This document shows positions 29,030-37,444 of a stretch of 64,000 nt of DNA, piece by piece. The position numbers and the translations under genes were made by a program. The DNA lies in the NCBI GenBank assembly GCA_002705305.1, contig PAHW01000002.1:26392-90391 (forward strand). The letters are read 5' to 3'. Under the pieces are notes generated by a model. That model ran no database searches. It was given only the letters and a program-made list of their open reading frames with translations, and was not told the DNA's origin. The DNA is from Acidimicrobiaceae bacterium (lineage in GTDB: Bacteria; Actinomycetota; Acidimicrobiia; Acidimicrobiales; Poriferisodalaceae). Every line of letters begins with the position of its first letter. The first letter of the stretch is position 1.

Positions 29030-29192
29030 TGCGTTGAAGCTACTCGGGAACAAGTAATTGCTGAGCCACTCCAATGATTAACCAGTCTGAACGCCGTCGA
29101 ACCTCGGAGTAAAAAGAACCTCCCAAACTGTTTAGTTGGGCATCTCGCGTCCTCGGGCGTACCATCTCTATGTTGTTGATAAGGATGCCGCC

Positions 29193-30488
29193 ATGGTCGA
29201 CCCCGACTATCTAAAATTTGACACGCTGTCGCTTCACGCTGGACAAGAACCGGATCCGACTACTGGTTCTCGTGCGGTACCGATTTACCAGACGACTTCA
29301 TACAGCTTTGTGGACACCGAGCAGGCCGCAGGATTGTTCAATCTTGAACAACCGGGGCATATCTACAGTCGCATCTCCAACCCGACAGTTGCAGTGCTCG
29401 AAGAGCGAATAGCTGCCCTAGAGGGAGGGGTTGGCGCGGTTTGCACCGCTAGTGGCATGGCTGCATTCCATCTGGCAGCAGCGACGATTATGAGCGCAGG
29501 TAACCACGTGGTGGCTAGCCGCAATATTTACGGCGGTACCCACAACATGTTGAACCTCACAATGCCCAGATTTGGAATCACTACAACTTTCGTCGACCCG
29601 CGAGATCCCAAGGCATGGCGTTCCGCGATCACTCCGGAGACCCGCGTCCTATTTGCCGAAACCCTAGGCAACCCAGGAATAGAAGTGCTCGATGTGCCCT
29701 TAATCGCTGAGATCGCGCACGAACATGGCCTCCCATTAATGGTTGATGCGACCTTCACAACTCCCTATTTGATGAAACCCATCGATCTTGGCGCCGACAT
29801 CGTGATGCACTCAGTTACGAAATTTTTGGGTGGCCATGGCATCGCATTGGGCGGGGTGATCGTTGACGGTGGCAGATTTGACTGGGCCGCGAACGACAAA
29901 TTCCCAACGCTTTCCCAACCCTACGACGGGTATCACGGCATCAGCTTTACCGATGAATACGGTCATCAGGCCCTGTCAATGCGCGCGAGAGCGGAAGGGC
30001 TTCGAGATTTTGGTGCGGCGATGAGCCCCACCAACGCATTCCATCTGTTGCAAGGAATCGAAACCCTCCCCTTGAGAATGAAGCGCCATGTCGAGAACAC
30101 CGACTCAGTAATCACATTCCTCGAAGGACATGATGCTGTCACCTGGGTAAGCCACCCTTCCGTCTCCACTCACCCCGACCATGAACTAGCCAAACGACTT
30201 CTCCCCAAAGGAGCCGGCGCGATTTTCTCGTTCGGTATTGCGGGAGGCCGAGAAGCCGGCTGTCGATTCATCGAAAACGTTCAACTTGCTTCCCATCTAG
30301 CCAACGTCGGTGACGCCAAAACCCTCGTACTTCACCCGGCCTCCACCACCCACCAACAACTCAGCGCCGAAGACCTAGTGGCAGCCGGGGTAGGTGAGGA
30401 CCTAATTCGCCTATCTGTAGGTTTAGAGGATCCTGAAGACATCATCGCGGATTTGAGTCGAGCCCTTCGCGCTTCCCAAAAGGGGTAG
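29193..30488 (+). CDS. metY: O-acetylhomoserine sulfhydrylase / aminocarboxypropyltransferase (PLP-dependent)
   Basis: Contains FDTLSLHAGQEPDP..GSRAVPIYQTTSY, the PLP-lysine motif HSVTKFLGGHG and C-terminal IRLSVGLED. Start is at ATG 29193. Confidence 0.85.
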   Translation: MVDPDYLKFDTLSLHAGQEPDPTTGSRAVPIYQTTSYSFVDTEQAAGLFNLEQPGHIYSRISNPTVAVLEERIAALEGGVGAVCTASGMAAFHLAAATIMSAGNHVVASRNIYGGTHNMLNLTMPRFGITTTFVDPRDPKAWRSAITPETRVLFAETLGNPGIEVLDVPLIAEIAHEHGLPLMVDATFTTPYLMKPIDLGADIVMHSVTKFLGGHGIALGGVIVDGGRFDWAANDKFPTLSQPYDGYHGISFTDEYGHQALSMRARAEGLRDFGAAMSPTNAFHLLQGIETLPLRMKRHVENTDSVITFLEGHDAVTWVSHPSVSTHPDHELAKRLLPKGAGAIFSFGIAGGREAGCRFIENVQLASHLANVGDAKTLVLHPASTTHQQLSAEDLVAAGVGEDLIRLSVGLEDPEDIIADLSRALRASQKG

Positions 30489-30493
30489 GTGTA

Positions 30494-31282
30494 ATGAATA
30501 TTGAATGTCGAGGCGAAGCAGTCAATTTTGCGACCGGTGGTGTTGAGGTCGGACGTGATCTTCCTCTAGTTGTGCTGGTACACGGCGCCGGTATGGACCG
30601 AACGGTTTGGAGTCAGCAAACTCGATACCTCGCTCACCACGGTTTTGCTGCGATGGCCTTAGACCTACCAGGTCACGGCGAATCAGGCGGAGAACCCCTT
30701 TCATCGATAGGGGAAATGGCGGATTGGGTATCTGAGGTCATCGACGGAATCGACCAAGGACCCGCCCGCCTCATCGGTCACTCCATGGGAAGTCTGGTTT
30801 CTTTGGAAGTAGCGGCCCGGCATCCCGGCGTTGTGGAACGACTTGTTCTATTGGGGACCGGCGCTGCGATGCCTGTGCATCCCGAGTTACTCGGAGCTGC
30901 CGAAAGAAACGAGGTTTTGGCTCCACAACTCATTACGAGTTGGGGACACGGAACCCGAGCCCACATCGCCGGGAACCCTGCCCCTGGTCTCTGGATGCGG
31001 AGCGGATGTCAAGCTCTGCTCGAAAGAGCAGCCGACGGAGTGATTTTCAACGACCTCGCCGCCTGTAACTCATATGAGGCGGGAGATGTTGCCGCGCTCA
31101 TTACATGCCCGATTACCGTCGTCGTTGGCAGCGAAGACAAAATGACCCCGCCCCGGGCCACATCACAGCTGGTTGCGGGCTTATCTGATGTTGATCTAAA
31201 GCATCTAGACGGAATAGGCCACATGATGATGATTGAAGCGCCGGATCGTATACGAGACATACTTTTAGGGGCATTGCAGTAA
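30494..31282 (+). CDS. Alpha/beta hydrolase
   Basis: HGAG oxyanion segment, GHSMGS nucleophile elbow and a C-terminal GHMMMIE His region. Confidence 0.75.
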   Translation: MNIECRGEAVNFATGGVEVGRDLPLVVLVHGAGMDRTVWSQQTRYLAHHGFAAMALDLPGHGESGGEPLSSIGEMADWVSEVIDGIDQGPARLIGHSMGSLVSLEVAARHPGVVERLVLLGTGAAMPVHPELLGAAERNEVLAPQLITSWGHGTRAHIAGNPAPGLWMRSGCQALLERAADGVIFNDLAACNSYEAGDVAALITCPITVVVGSEDKMTPPRATSQLVAGLSDVDLKHLDGIGHMMMIEAPDRIRDILLGALQ

Positions 31283-31351
31283 CTCGGGGCGACAAAGAGG
31301 CCTGATCAGTGTCATGATCAAGCAACCTTCATTCAAATAAAAGGGGGACTC

Positions 31352-31876
31352 ATGGCAGTGGACCGTTTCCCGGTCGAGGCTTCGCACATTTTGATGTTTG
31401 CTAGGTCCATCGGAGACACCAACCCGATTTATTACGACGAGGCTCACGCGACTTCGACAGCGGTCGGGTCGATAATTGCCCCGCCGACATTCGCACAAGC
31501 GAGTGCGCAATTTGATCCGGACTATGTCCTTCGCCCGAAGGCGGGACAAAAATGGTTCGGTAGCGGAGCGACGCCTTCTGGCGCAGCGACCGCGAAGAAG
31601 GAAGAGGCGTCGGACTCTGACGGAGATGGAAAGACGTCGGGATCTTCGGCGGGAGGGCTCCACGCCGAACAACATTTCACCTATCACAGGCATCTGAAGC
31701 CCGGTGATGTCCTCACCGCCGAGACAAAGCCGGGTGAAAGCTGGGAGAAAGAGTCGAAACGAGCTGGGGTCTTGAAATTCAGCGAGAGCATCACCGAATA
31801 TCGAGATGAAGATGGTGAGTTGGTCATTACTGCGCGAGGCGTCGGTGTGGTGACTGAGAAAGTCATCGAGCAGTAG
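31352..31876 (+). CDS. MaoC-like hotdog protein, N-terminal-type subunit (HadA/ChsH-like)
   Basis: 174 aa with FARSIGDTNPIYYDE. A Gly/Ser/acidic low-complexity insert lies between the hotdog elements. It sits directly upstream of the MaoC dehydratase subunit. Confidence 0.6.
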   Translation: MAVDRFPVEASHILMFARSIGDTNPIYYDEAHATSTAVGSIIAPPTFAQASAQFDPDYVLRPKAGQKWFGSGATPSGAATAKKEEASDSDGDGKTSGSSAGGLHAEQHFTYHRHLKPGDVLTAETKPGESWEKESKRAGVLKFSESITEYRDEDGELVITARGVGVVTEKVIEQ

Positions 31877-31888
31877 GGGAGAAGACAA

Positions 31889-32308
31889 GTGGCATTAGAT
31901 ACAAGCGAAATCAAAGTCGGCGATTCGTATTCAGAAATGATCGTCGAGGACCTCACCCGGACCCAGATCGTTCAATACGCGGGCGCATCTGGGGATTACA
32001 ACCCTGTGCACAGCGACGAGAAATTCGTGACTGAGGTAGCGGGATACCCCACGGTGTTCGCCCACGGCATGCTTACGATGGGAATGACCGGACGGATGAT
32101 CACCAACTACGTGGGAGACGGTCAGTTGACCTATTACGGCGTGCGGTTCGTTAATCAGGTCTGGCCGGGTGACACGTTGACTGCCAGAGCCGAAATAGCA
32201 GCCATCCGCGAAGAGAATGGCGAGACGCTGGTGGATTTGGCTATTTCAACTACCAACCAAGACGAAAACTTTGTTCTAACAGGTAACGCGACCGCTAGAG
32301 CCGCCTAA
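31889..32308 (+). CDS. MaoC-family (R)-specific enoyl-CoA hydratase subunit
   Basis: 139 aa, GTG start, with the hydratase motif YAGASGDYNPVHSDEKF. Confidence 0.75.
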   Translation: MALDTSEIKVGDSYSEMIVEDLTRTQIVQYAGASGDYNPVHSDEKFVTEVAGYPTVFAHGMLTMGMTGRMITNYVGDGQLTYYGVRFVNQVWPGDTLTARAEIAAIREENGETLVDLAISTTNQDENFVLTGNATARAA

Positions 32309-32359
32309 AACCCAGATCGCTCACTAAAGACGGTCGCCAAACGTCCAAAAACGAGGGAT

Positions 32360-33616
32360 CTATCCCTTGGCTCGTCCCGCGTACCCAAACAATTTTCCGG
32401 CCACTTTGCGAATCTGGATCTCCTCTGCGCCTTCGGTGATCCGATAGCGCCTGTGATGTCTGTATATGTGTTCGAAGGGCATGCTTCGGCCGTATCCAAC
32501 TCCACCGCAACTCTGCATCGCTCGGTCTGCGGCGTCGCAACAAAATCTGTTTCCTCGGTAGTTACACATGGCCACCCGATCAGTTATCTCCATGTGGTCG
32601 ACTCCCTCGTCCATCTCCCAAGCTGTTTTCCAGATCAACGCTCGGATCATTTCAGCTTCCGTGTACAACTCGGCTAAGGGAAACTGGATCGCCTGGTTTT
32701 GGGAGAGCGGTTTTCCGAAGGTGGTGCGACCATTTACATAGTCAACGGCGACGTCAATGCAATGAAGGCCTGCACCTACTGAAGACGCGGCTTGTCGGAT
32801 CCGATTCTCATGAACAAACAGCTGAGCAGTTTGAAGTCCTCTAGCTTCCTCTCCCAAGATGTCGTCATTGTGAATACGAACGTCGGTTAGGCGGACATGG
32901 GCATGATCTGTTGGCATGTTGAAGGTCCACATGAATTCTTCAACCTTGAATCCCGGTGAATCCACCGGAACGATGAAGCATGTGATCCCATGACCCTCGC
33001 CTGGATTTCCGGACGTCCTCGCAAAGATGTAGTCATGAGTCGCGTGATGAAGTCCTGTGTTCCAGTATTTCTCGCCATTTATCACCCATTCGTCACCGTC
33101 GCGCACGGCCGTGGTCTCCATCCAAGTGGCATCGGAGCCGTGAAGAGGCTCAGTAAGCCCAAACCCGATACGCGCTGTCCCTTCGAGCATTTTGGGAATC
33201 CAATATTCTTTCTGATCTTCTGAACCGAATTTTTCCATCATCAGTACGGTCGGAAAATTACCGATGACGGAGTTTTCGTTCTGAAGGTCGTTGTGAAGGC
33301 CGAGCCCTTTGCGAGCCAAATGTTCTCTGACTATGGCCATCCCAAGATTTGTACCGTTCTGACCGCCGAAACGTTTTGGAAGATGCCAACGCAAGAAACC
33401 CGCGGCGTCGGCCTCGCTACGCATCCGGCCAAGGAGTTGCTCCCACTCGGCGTTGGGTAGGCCATCCCTATGCCAGTCAGTGCGCGAGTCTTCGCGTCGA
33501 TGATCAAAGAATCGTATGTTGTCGTTTTCGTTCTCGATCGGCTTTATTACGTCCTCGATGAACTGGTCAAGATCATCGAGCAATGTTTGTATGTCAGAGG
33601 GAATCGTGAAGTCCAT
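32360..33616 (-). CDS. Acyl-CoA dehydrogenase (FadE2 / ACAD10-11-like type)
   Basis: GFGLTEPLHGSDAT and C-terminal ITEGAEEIQIRKV. ATG 33616 (MDFTIPSDIQ) is preferred over the ORF-track start at 33646. Confidence 0.85.
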   Translation of the reverse strand: MDFTIPSDIQTLLDDLDQFIEDVIKPIENENDNIRFFDHRREDSRTDWHRDGLPNAEWEQLLGRMRSEADAAGFLRWHLPKRFGGQNGTNLGMAIVREHLARKGLGLHNDLQNENSVIGNFPTVLMMEKFGSEDQKEYWIPKMLEGTARIGFGLTEPLHGSDATWMETTAVRDGDEWVINGEKYWNTGLHHATHDYIFARTSGNPGEGHGITCFIVPVDSPGFKVEEFMWTFNMPTDHAHVRLTDVRIHNDDILGEEARGLQTAQLFVHENRIRQAASSVGAGLHCIDVAVDYVNGRTTFGKPLSQNQAIQFPLAELYTEAEMIRALIWKTAWEMDEGVDHMEITDRVAMCNYRGNRFCCDAADRAMQSCGGVGYGRSMPFEHIYRHHRRYRITEGAEEIQIRKVAGKLFGYAGRAKG

Positions 33617-33644
33617 AGGCAGCGAACGTATACGGTCGGACCTC

Positions 33645-34250
33645 ATGGTGTTGCCAATTGTTGTTTGGTCGGACTTTCTGTGACCCTGGTGTCATTTAGC
33701 GCGAGCCCGGGCGGCTCGTCTTGAACAACGACACGACGTAGCTATTTCGTGGTTGCCATACGAGTTACATCCCGAGATTCCCGAGGGCGGTGTTCCTAAC
33801 CATCGTCAATTCTCGGCGCTGCGCACGATTGCTGAAGAACTCCAAGTAACCCTGGTGCCGCCAACAACTTTTTATCCAACAAGGCGCGCCCATCAGGCAG
33901 CCCTCGTGGTCGAGCATGCCTCCCCTGAAGAAGCTGGCATCTATCACGATCGGCTATATGCCTCGATTTGGGAAAATCATCGAGACATCGAAGATCCTGA
34001 GGTGTTAGCCCAGCTAGCGGCTGACCTAACCGTCCCTTCAGGCCTTATCGAGCGGGTTGTTACCAACAACGAATTGTGGCCAGCTGTGTTGTCGTCAATG
34101 CAACGAGCCCACGAATGGGGAGCGACGGGCACCCCGAGTTGGGTAATAGACAACAAACTGATGGTGCCCGGTTTACAAGACGACGATTTTTTTGATCGCG
34201 TCATTGAACGGCTGAGCAATATCAAAAGCGGCGAAGAGAACTCCAAATAA
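33645..34250 (+). CDS. DsbA/FrnE-like thiol:disulfide oxidoreductase, candidate selenoprotein (UxxC; TGA 33681..33683 read as Sec)
   Basis: The ORF-track piece 33753..34250 is DsbA/FrnE-like but lacks the active site. The same frame upstream reads MVLPIVVWSDFL-TGA-PWCHLARARAARLEQRHDVAISWLPYELHPE. This restores the I.VWSD..CPWC signature with TGA at the first Cys position. Confidence 0.7.
33701..33719 (+). promoter_or_regulatory. Candidate bacterial SECIS hairpin for the DsbA-like gene
   Basis: GCGAGCC-CGGGC-GGCUCGU: 6 Watson-Crick pairs plus one G-U pair, with a 5-nt G-rich loop. The loop starts 24 nt after the UGA. A possible lower stem pairs GUGUC (33689..33693) with GACAC (33730..33734). 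Confidence 0.55.
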
Positions 34251-34284
34251 TCATCTGAGTGTCGCCTCGGGTACTGTCCTGAGT

Positions 34285-35535
34285 ATGCAGCCAACCTATT
34301 CACGAGACGCAGAGGAATACCGCGACAAGATCCAAGACTTCATTACTGAGCACCTACCCGAGGACTGGGAAGGTATTGGGTCCTTAACGGGAGACGCTAA
34401 AGCTGAGTTCGTTCGTCAATGGAGGCAGATTCTTAGCGAAAATCATTTTCTCGCGACTATGTGGCCCACCGACTACGGCGGCCCTGGGTTGACAGTTAAC
34501 GAGAATGTGATTATCGCCGAGGAATTCACGAAAGCCGGGTTGCCGACCGGTGGTTCCAACGATGGTTTCGGTATCGGCATGGTTGGCAACACCCTTATCG
34601 AATGGGGTACTGAGGAACAAAAGAAGCACTATCTCCCACGAATTCTTGATGGCGAAGATATTTGGTGTCAGGGGTATTCGGAACCGGGAGCGGGTTCGGA
34701 CTTAGCCAATCTTGGCTGTCGAGCTGAACTTGACGGCGACGAATGGGTTCTGAACGGACAAAAAATCTGGACATCGAGCGGACATTTGGCGAATTGGATA
34801 TTTGTCCTTGGTCGAACCGCTCCCGATGACGCGAAACATCAAGGCATTACATTTTTCTTGTGTCCCATGAACCAGGAAGGAATTGAGGTTCGGCCCATCG
34901 TTAACATCGCGGGCCACAGTCATTTCAACGAAGTGTTTTTCTCGAACGCGAGGGTGCCGAAGGGCAACGTCGTAGGTCAAGTAAATGGCGGTTGGGCCGT
35001 CGCCATGACGTTGCTGGGCTACGAGCGTGGGTTTGGGGCCACGACGACCTACTTCCGTTATCGATCTGAGTTGGATCGTTTGGTTGAAATGGCCCAACAA
35101 CGCGGTCGGACAGAGGACCCGAACATTCGTCAACGTTTGGCCTGGTGTCATAGCAAAGTCGAAATCATGCGATGGCTCGGCCAACAAGTGTTGACGTCTT
35201 TCTTGAATGGTGAACCGCCAGGGCCCAAGAGTTCAATAGGAAAACTCAATTGGAGCGAATATCACCGCCACGTCACGGAGTTGTCAATCGACATTCTTGG
35301 AGCCGAAGCGATGGTGGTCGAGGGAGATGATGCTCTCGCCGCTGGATTAGGAGCCGCAGACGCAGGCACGCCCAACACGACTTCAGCTTGGATCAATAGT
35401 TTTCTATCAGCGAGATCCGGAACGATCTACGCGGGTACTAGCCAAGTGCAGCGCAACATCATTGGCGAACGAATCTTAGGGTTGCCTAAAGAGCCGCGAG
35501 CTGATGAAGGTCCCTGGAACGAGACGCTTCGCTGA
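34285..35535 (+). CDS. Acyl-CoA dehydrogenase
   Basis: 416 aa with CQGYSEPGAGSDLA and C-terminal GTSQVQRNIIGERILGLPKEP. Confidence 0.85.
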   Translation: MQPTYSRDAEEYRDKIQDFITEHLPEDWEGIGSLTGDAKAEFVRQWRQILSENHFLATMWPTDYGGPGLTVNENVIIAEEFTKAGLPTGGSNDGFGIGMVGNTLIEWGTEEQKKHYLPRILDGEDIWCQGYSEPGAGSDLANLGCRAELDGDEWVLNGQKIWTSSGHLANWIFVLGRTAPDDAKHQGITFFLCPMNQEGIEVRPIVNIAGHSHFNEVFFSNARVPKGNVVGQVNGGWAVAMTLLGYERGFGATTTYFRYRSELDRLVEMAQQRGRTEDPNIRQRLAWCHSKVEIMRWLGQQVLTSFLNGEPPGPKSSIGKLNWSEYHRHVTELSIDILGAEAMVVEGDDALAAGLGAADAGTPNTTSAWINSFLSARSGTIYAGTSQVQRNIIGERILGLPKEPRADEGPWNETLR

Positions 35536-35536
35536 A

Positions 35537-36121
35537 GTGTTGGTAGGTCTGTGCGGTGGATCATGTGCGGGGAAGACAACGTTGGCGCGCGCGCTTTTAG
35601 CGGAACGTCCTGACGCCGCATTGCTCGAATTTGATGACTATTACTATGACCTGTCGGAAGTCCCCATTGAGGAACGGGCAAAGGTCAACTACGACCACCC
35701 TGACGCCATAGACGTTCAACTTTTGGTGACCCACATGGATGAGTTAGCTGCGGGACGTGCGGTGGAGGTGCCTGACTACGATTTCGCTACCCACACTCGT
35801 CCCGGTGGCGTACATCGTGTGGAGGCCTCCTCACTCGTCATCGTCGACGGCCTATTGCTGCTGGCAGTTCCCGAATGTCGAGAACGACTAGATCTAAAAG
35901 TTTTTGTAGATGCTCCCCGCGAAGTGCGTCTTGCTCGGCGACTTGAGAAAGACGTGAGGGACAGAGGACGTGACCGCGATGGCGTAATTAGACAGTTCGG
36001 TGACTCAGTAGAGCCAATGCACCAAACCCTTGTTTCGCCTAGTTCGGAGTTCGCGGACTTGTGCTTTACCTACCCTTGGGATGTACAACACGCAACACAG
36101 GCCATCCTTGGGTACCTCTAG
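35537..36121 (+). CDS. udk: Uridine kinase
   Basis: P-loop GGSCAGKTT, then FDDYYYD, NYDHPDAID, VPDYDF..H.R and FVDAPREVRLARRLEKDVRDRGRD. GTG 35537 lies 1 nt after the upstream stop and is preferred; ATG 35504 (ORF track) is the alternative. Confidence 0.7.
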   Translation: MLVGLCGGSCAGKTTLARALLAERPDAALLEFDDYYYDLSEVPIEERAKVNYDHPDAIDVQLLVTHMDELAAGRAVEVPDYDFATHTRPGGVHRVEASSLVIVDGLLLLAVPECRERLDLKVFVDAPREVRLARRLEKDVRDRGRDRDGVIRQFGDSVEPMHQTLVSPSSEFADLCFTYPWDVQHATQAILGYL

Positions 36122-36145
36122 CTGCCGTCGAAGGGTCCGAGATCG

Positions 36146-36556
36146 CTATTCACCGATAAATTCGACCCAGTTACCATCAGGGTCTTCAACCATTCCCACG
36201 ACTACGCCGGGACGTACTTCTCTTCTGTCCCAGATAATCGGCGTGCCAACTGCGGCACACGCATCAAGAGCCGACTGAACACTGGGAACGGACAGAGTGA
36301 AGTAACGCATCCCTGAAGCGCCCATCATCCCTCCGCTAGCTCCAGGCGCTACCTCTTTCGTGGGAACCACGATCTTAAGCAAGCTCTCGTTGGCCCAAAC
36401 GCGATGCATCGCGGCGACCCCTAAAGCCTCCATGTTCAAGGTGGCTTCAAACTCAAGCCCAATTACGTCGCGGTAAAACTCCAGCATCTCGTCGCCGTTT
36501 GTCGTCACAATTCCGAGATCAAATCCACCCTTAGTGAAACTGTTAGCCACCATCAC
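36146..36556 (-). CDS. VOC (glyoxalase/bleomycin-resistance/dioxygenase) family protein
   Basis: 136 aa with paired beta-alpha-beta-beta-beta module-like halves and a C-terminal DPDGNWVEF motif. Confidence 0.7.
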   Translation of the reverse strand: MMVANSFTKGGFDLGIVTTNGDEMLEFYRDVIGLEFEATLNMEALGVAAMHRVWANESLLKIVVPTKEVAPGASGGMMGASGMRYFTLSVPSVQSALDACAAVGTPIIWDRREVRPGVVVGMVEDPDGNWVEFIGE

Positions 36557-36576
36557 TCCTAACTACTCAAGGTTCC

Positions 36577-37374
36577 TCAGTCGTAGCTCACGCCGAGACC
36601 AGCTCGAGCATCAGTCTGGATACCATAGTTAGGAATGGGATAACGCAAGCCGTTTCGTGCGAGAAATTCCATTCCCTCAACTGCGACAAGTAAATCTTCG
36701 GGGCGAAGTGCCATCAGAAGCTCGTCTTCCATCACTCCGCCGTAACGTCTTTCAGCGAAGCATGGAATTGACAAACTTGGCTCTCCGGTACTTAAGGCCC
36801 GCCCCCAACTGTCCGCGCAAGCTGACTCCCCAACGCATCCCCAGTCCAGTTTCTTGTAGCCGCGCCATTGCAGACCATTGATCAGCAGAATCATTTGAGC
36901 GGGAGTCGCGTAAACGAGACAAATATCAGGTGGATCAAGCCGTTTTGAAGATAAAGGTGAAACAGCCATGGCCGCATAAGTTCCGAAAGGCACGCAGTCC
37001 ATCGCTTCTTGGTGTGCCGAACTGTCATCAAGGGTTTCGAACCAGACTCCCTGCATGCGCTCGCCAGACAACCAATCTTCGTCCTGTGGGTGAAGGCCTA
37101 TGACGGCTCCGCATTGATCGCCGACCAGGTCAGCACGGGTGATACCGACGGTCCAGTTCAGTCGTGATGCCATTCCGACGATTTGGTCCGTTGTGTGGAT
37201 GTCGTCGGGTCGGCGAATCCGAGGCACTGACTCCATCTCGTCGACCGTCGCAAACAGCTTCATTCCGATCGGGGTAGTGCGGATTCGGAGGAGAGCCTGA
37301 AGGCGAGCTAGTAAATCATCCCAATCCATCTGTCCTGTTCGCAGATGCACCGGCTGTTCTTCAGTTTCACTCAT
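36577..37374 (-). CDS. DUF169-like protein
   Basis: The start is set at ATG 37374 (MSETEEQPV...). Pattern IGMKLF ... DCVPFG ... CADSWG recalled as DUF169. The ORF-track N-terminal extension overlaps the divergent gene. Confidence 0.5.
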   Translation of the reverse strand: MSETEEQPVHLRTGQMDWDDLLARLQALLRIRTTPIGMKLFATVDEMESVPRIRRPDDIHTTDQIVGMASRLNWTVGITRADLVGDQCGAVIGLHPQDEDWLSGERMQGVWFETLDDSSAHQEAMDCVPFGTYAAMAVSPLSSKRLDPPDICLVYATPAQMILLINGLQWRGYKKLDWGCVGESACADSWGRALSTGEPSLSIPCFAERRYGGVMEDELLMALRPEDLLVAVEGMEFLARNGLRYPIPNYGIQTDARAGLGVSYD

Positions 37375-37406
37375 GGGTCCCCCTGGCTTAGGCAGCCAAC
37401 CTACCG

Positions 37407-37431
37407 CGCGCATCGCGTGGCTCGATGCGCG
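37407..37431. promoter_or_regulatory. Perfect 9-bp inverted repeat (candidate operator or 5'-UTR hairpin)
   Basis: CGCGCATCG-N7-CGATGCGCG in the 70-nt divergent spacer between the starts at 37374 (-) and 37445 (+). Confidence 0.3.
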
Positions 37432-37444
37432 ACAGAATGAAGCA

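Noticed and set aside
29075-29192. SAM-type riboswitch in the metY leader (SAM-IV or SAM-II/V are known upstream of metY/metX in some lineages)
   Set aside because: I could not match the leader to any SAM riboswitch core that I can recall. The sequence is AT-richer, with only a short GGAG...CUCC pairing. It needs an Rfam scan, so it is not reported as a feature.
33753-34250. Interpretation of the ORF-track call as a 5'-truncated DsbA-like pseudogene lacking its CxxC motif
   Set aside because: The missing N-terminus is present in-frame immediately upstream, with the family signature intact except for a single TGA at the Cys position. A SECIS-like hairpin follows. Sec recoding explains the data better than decay.
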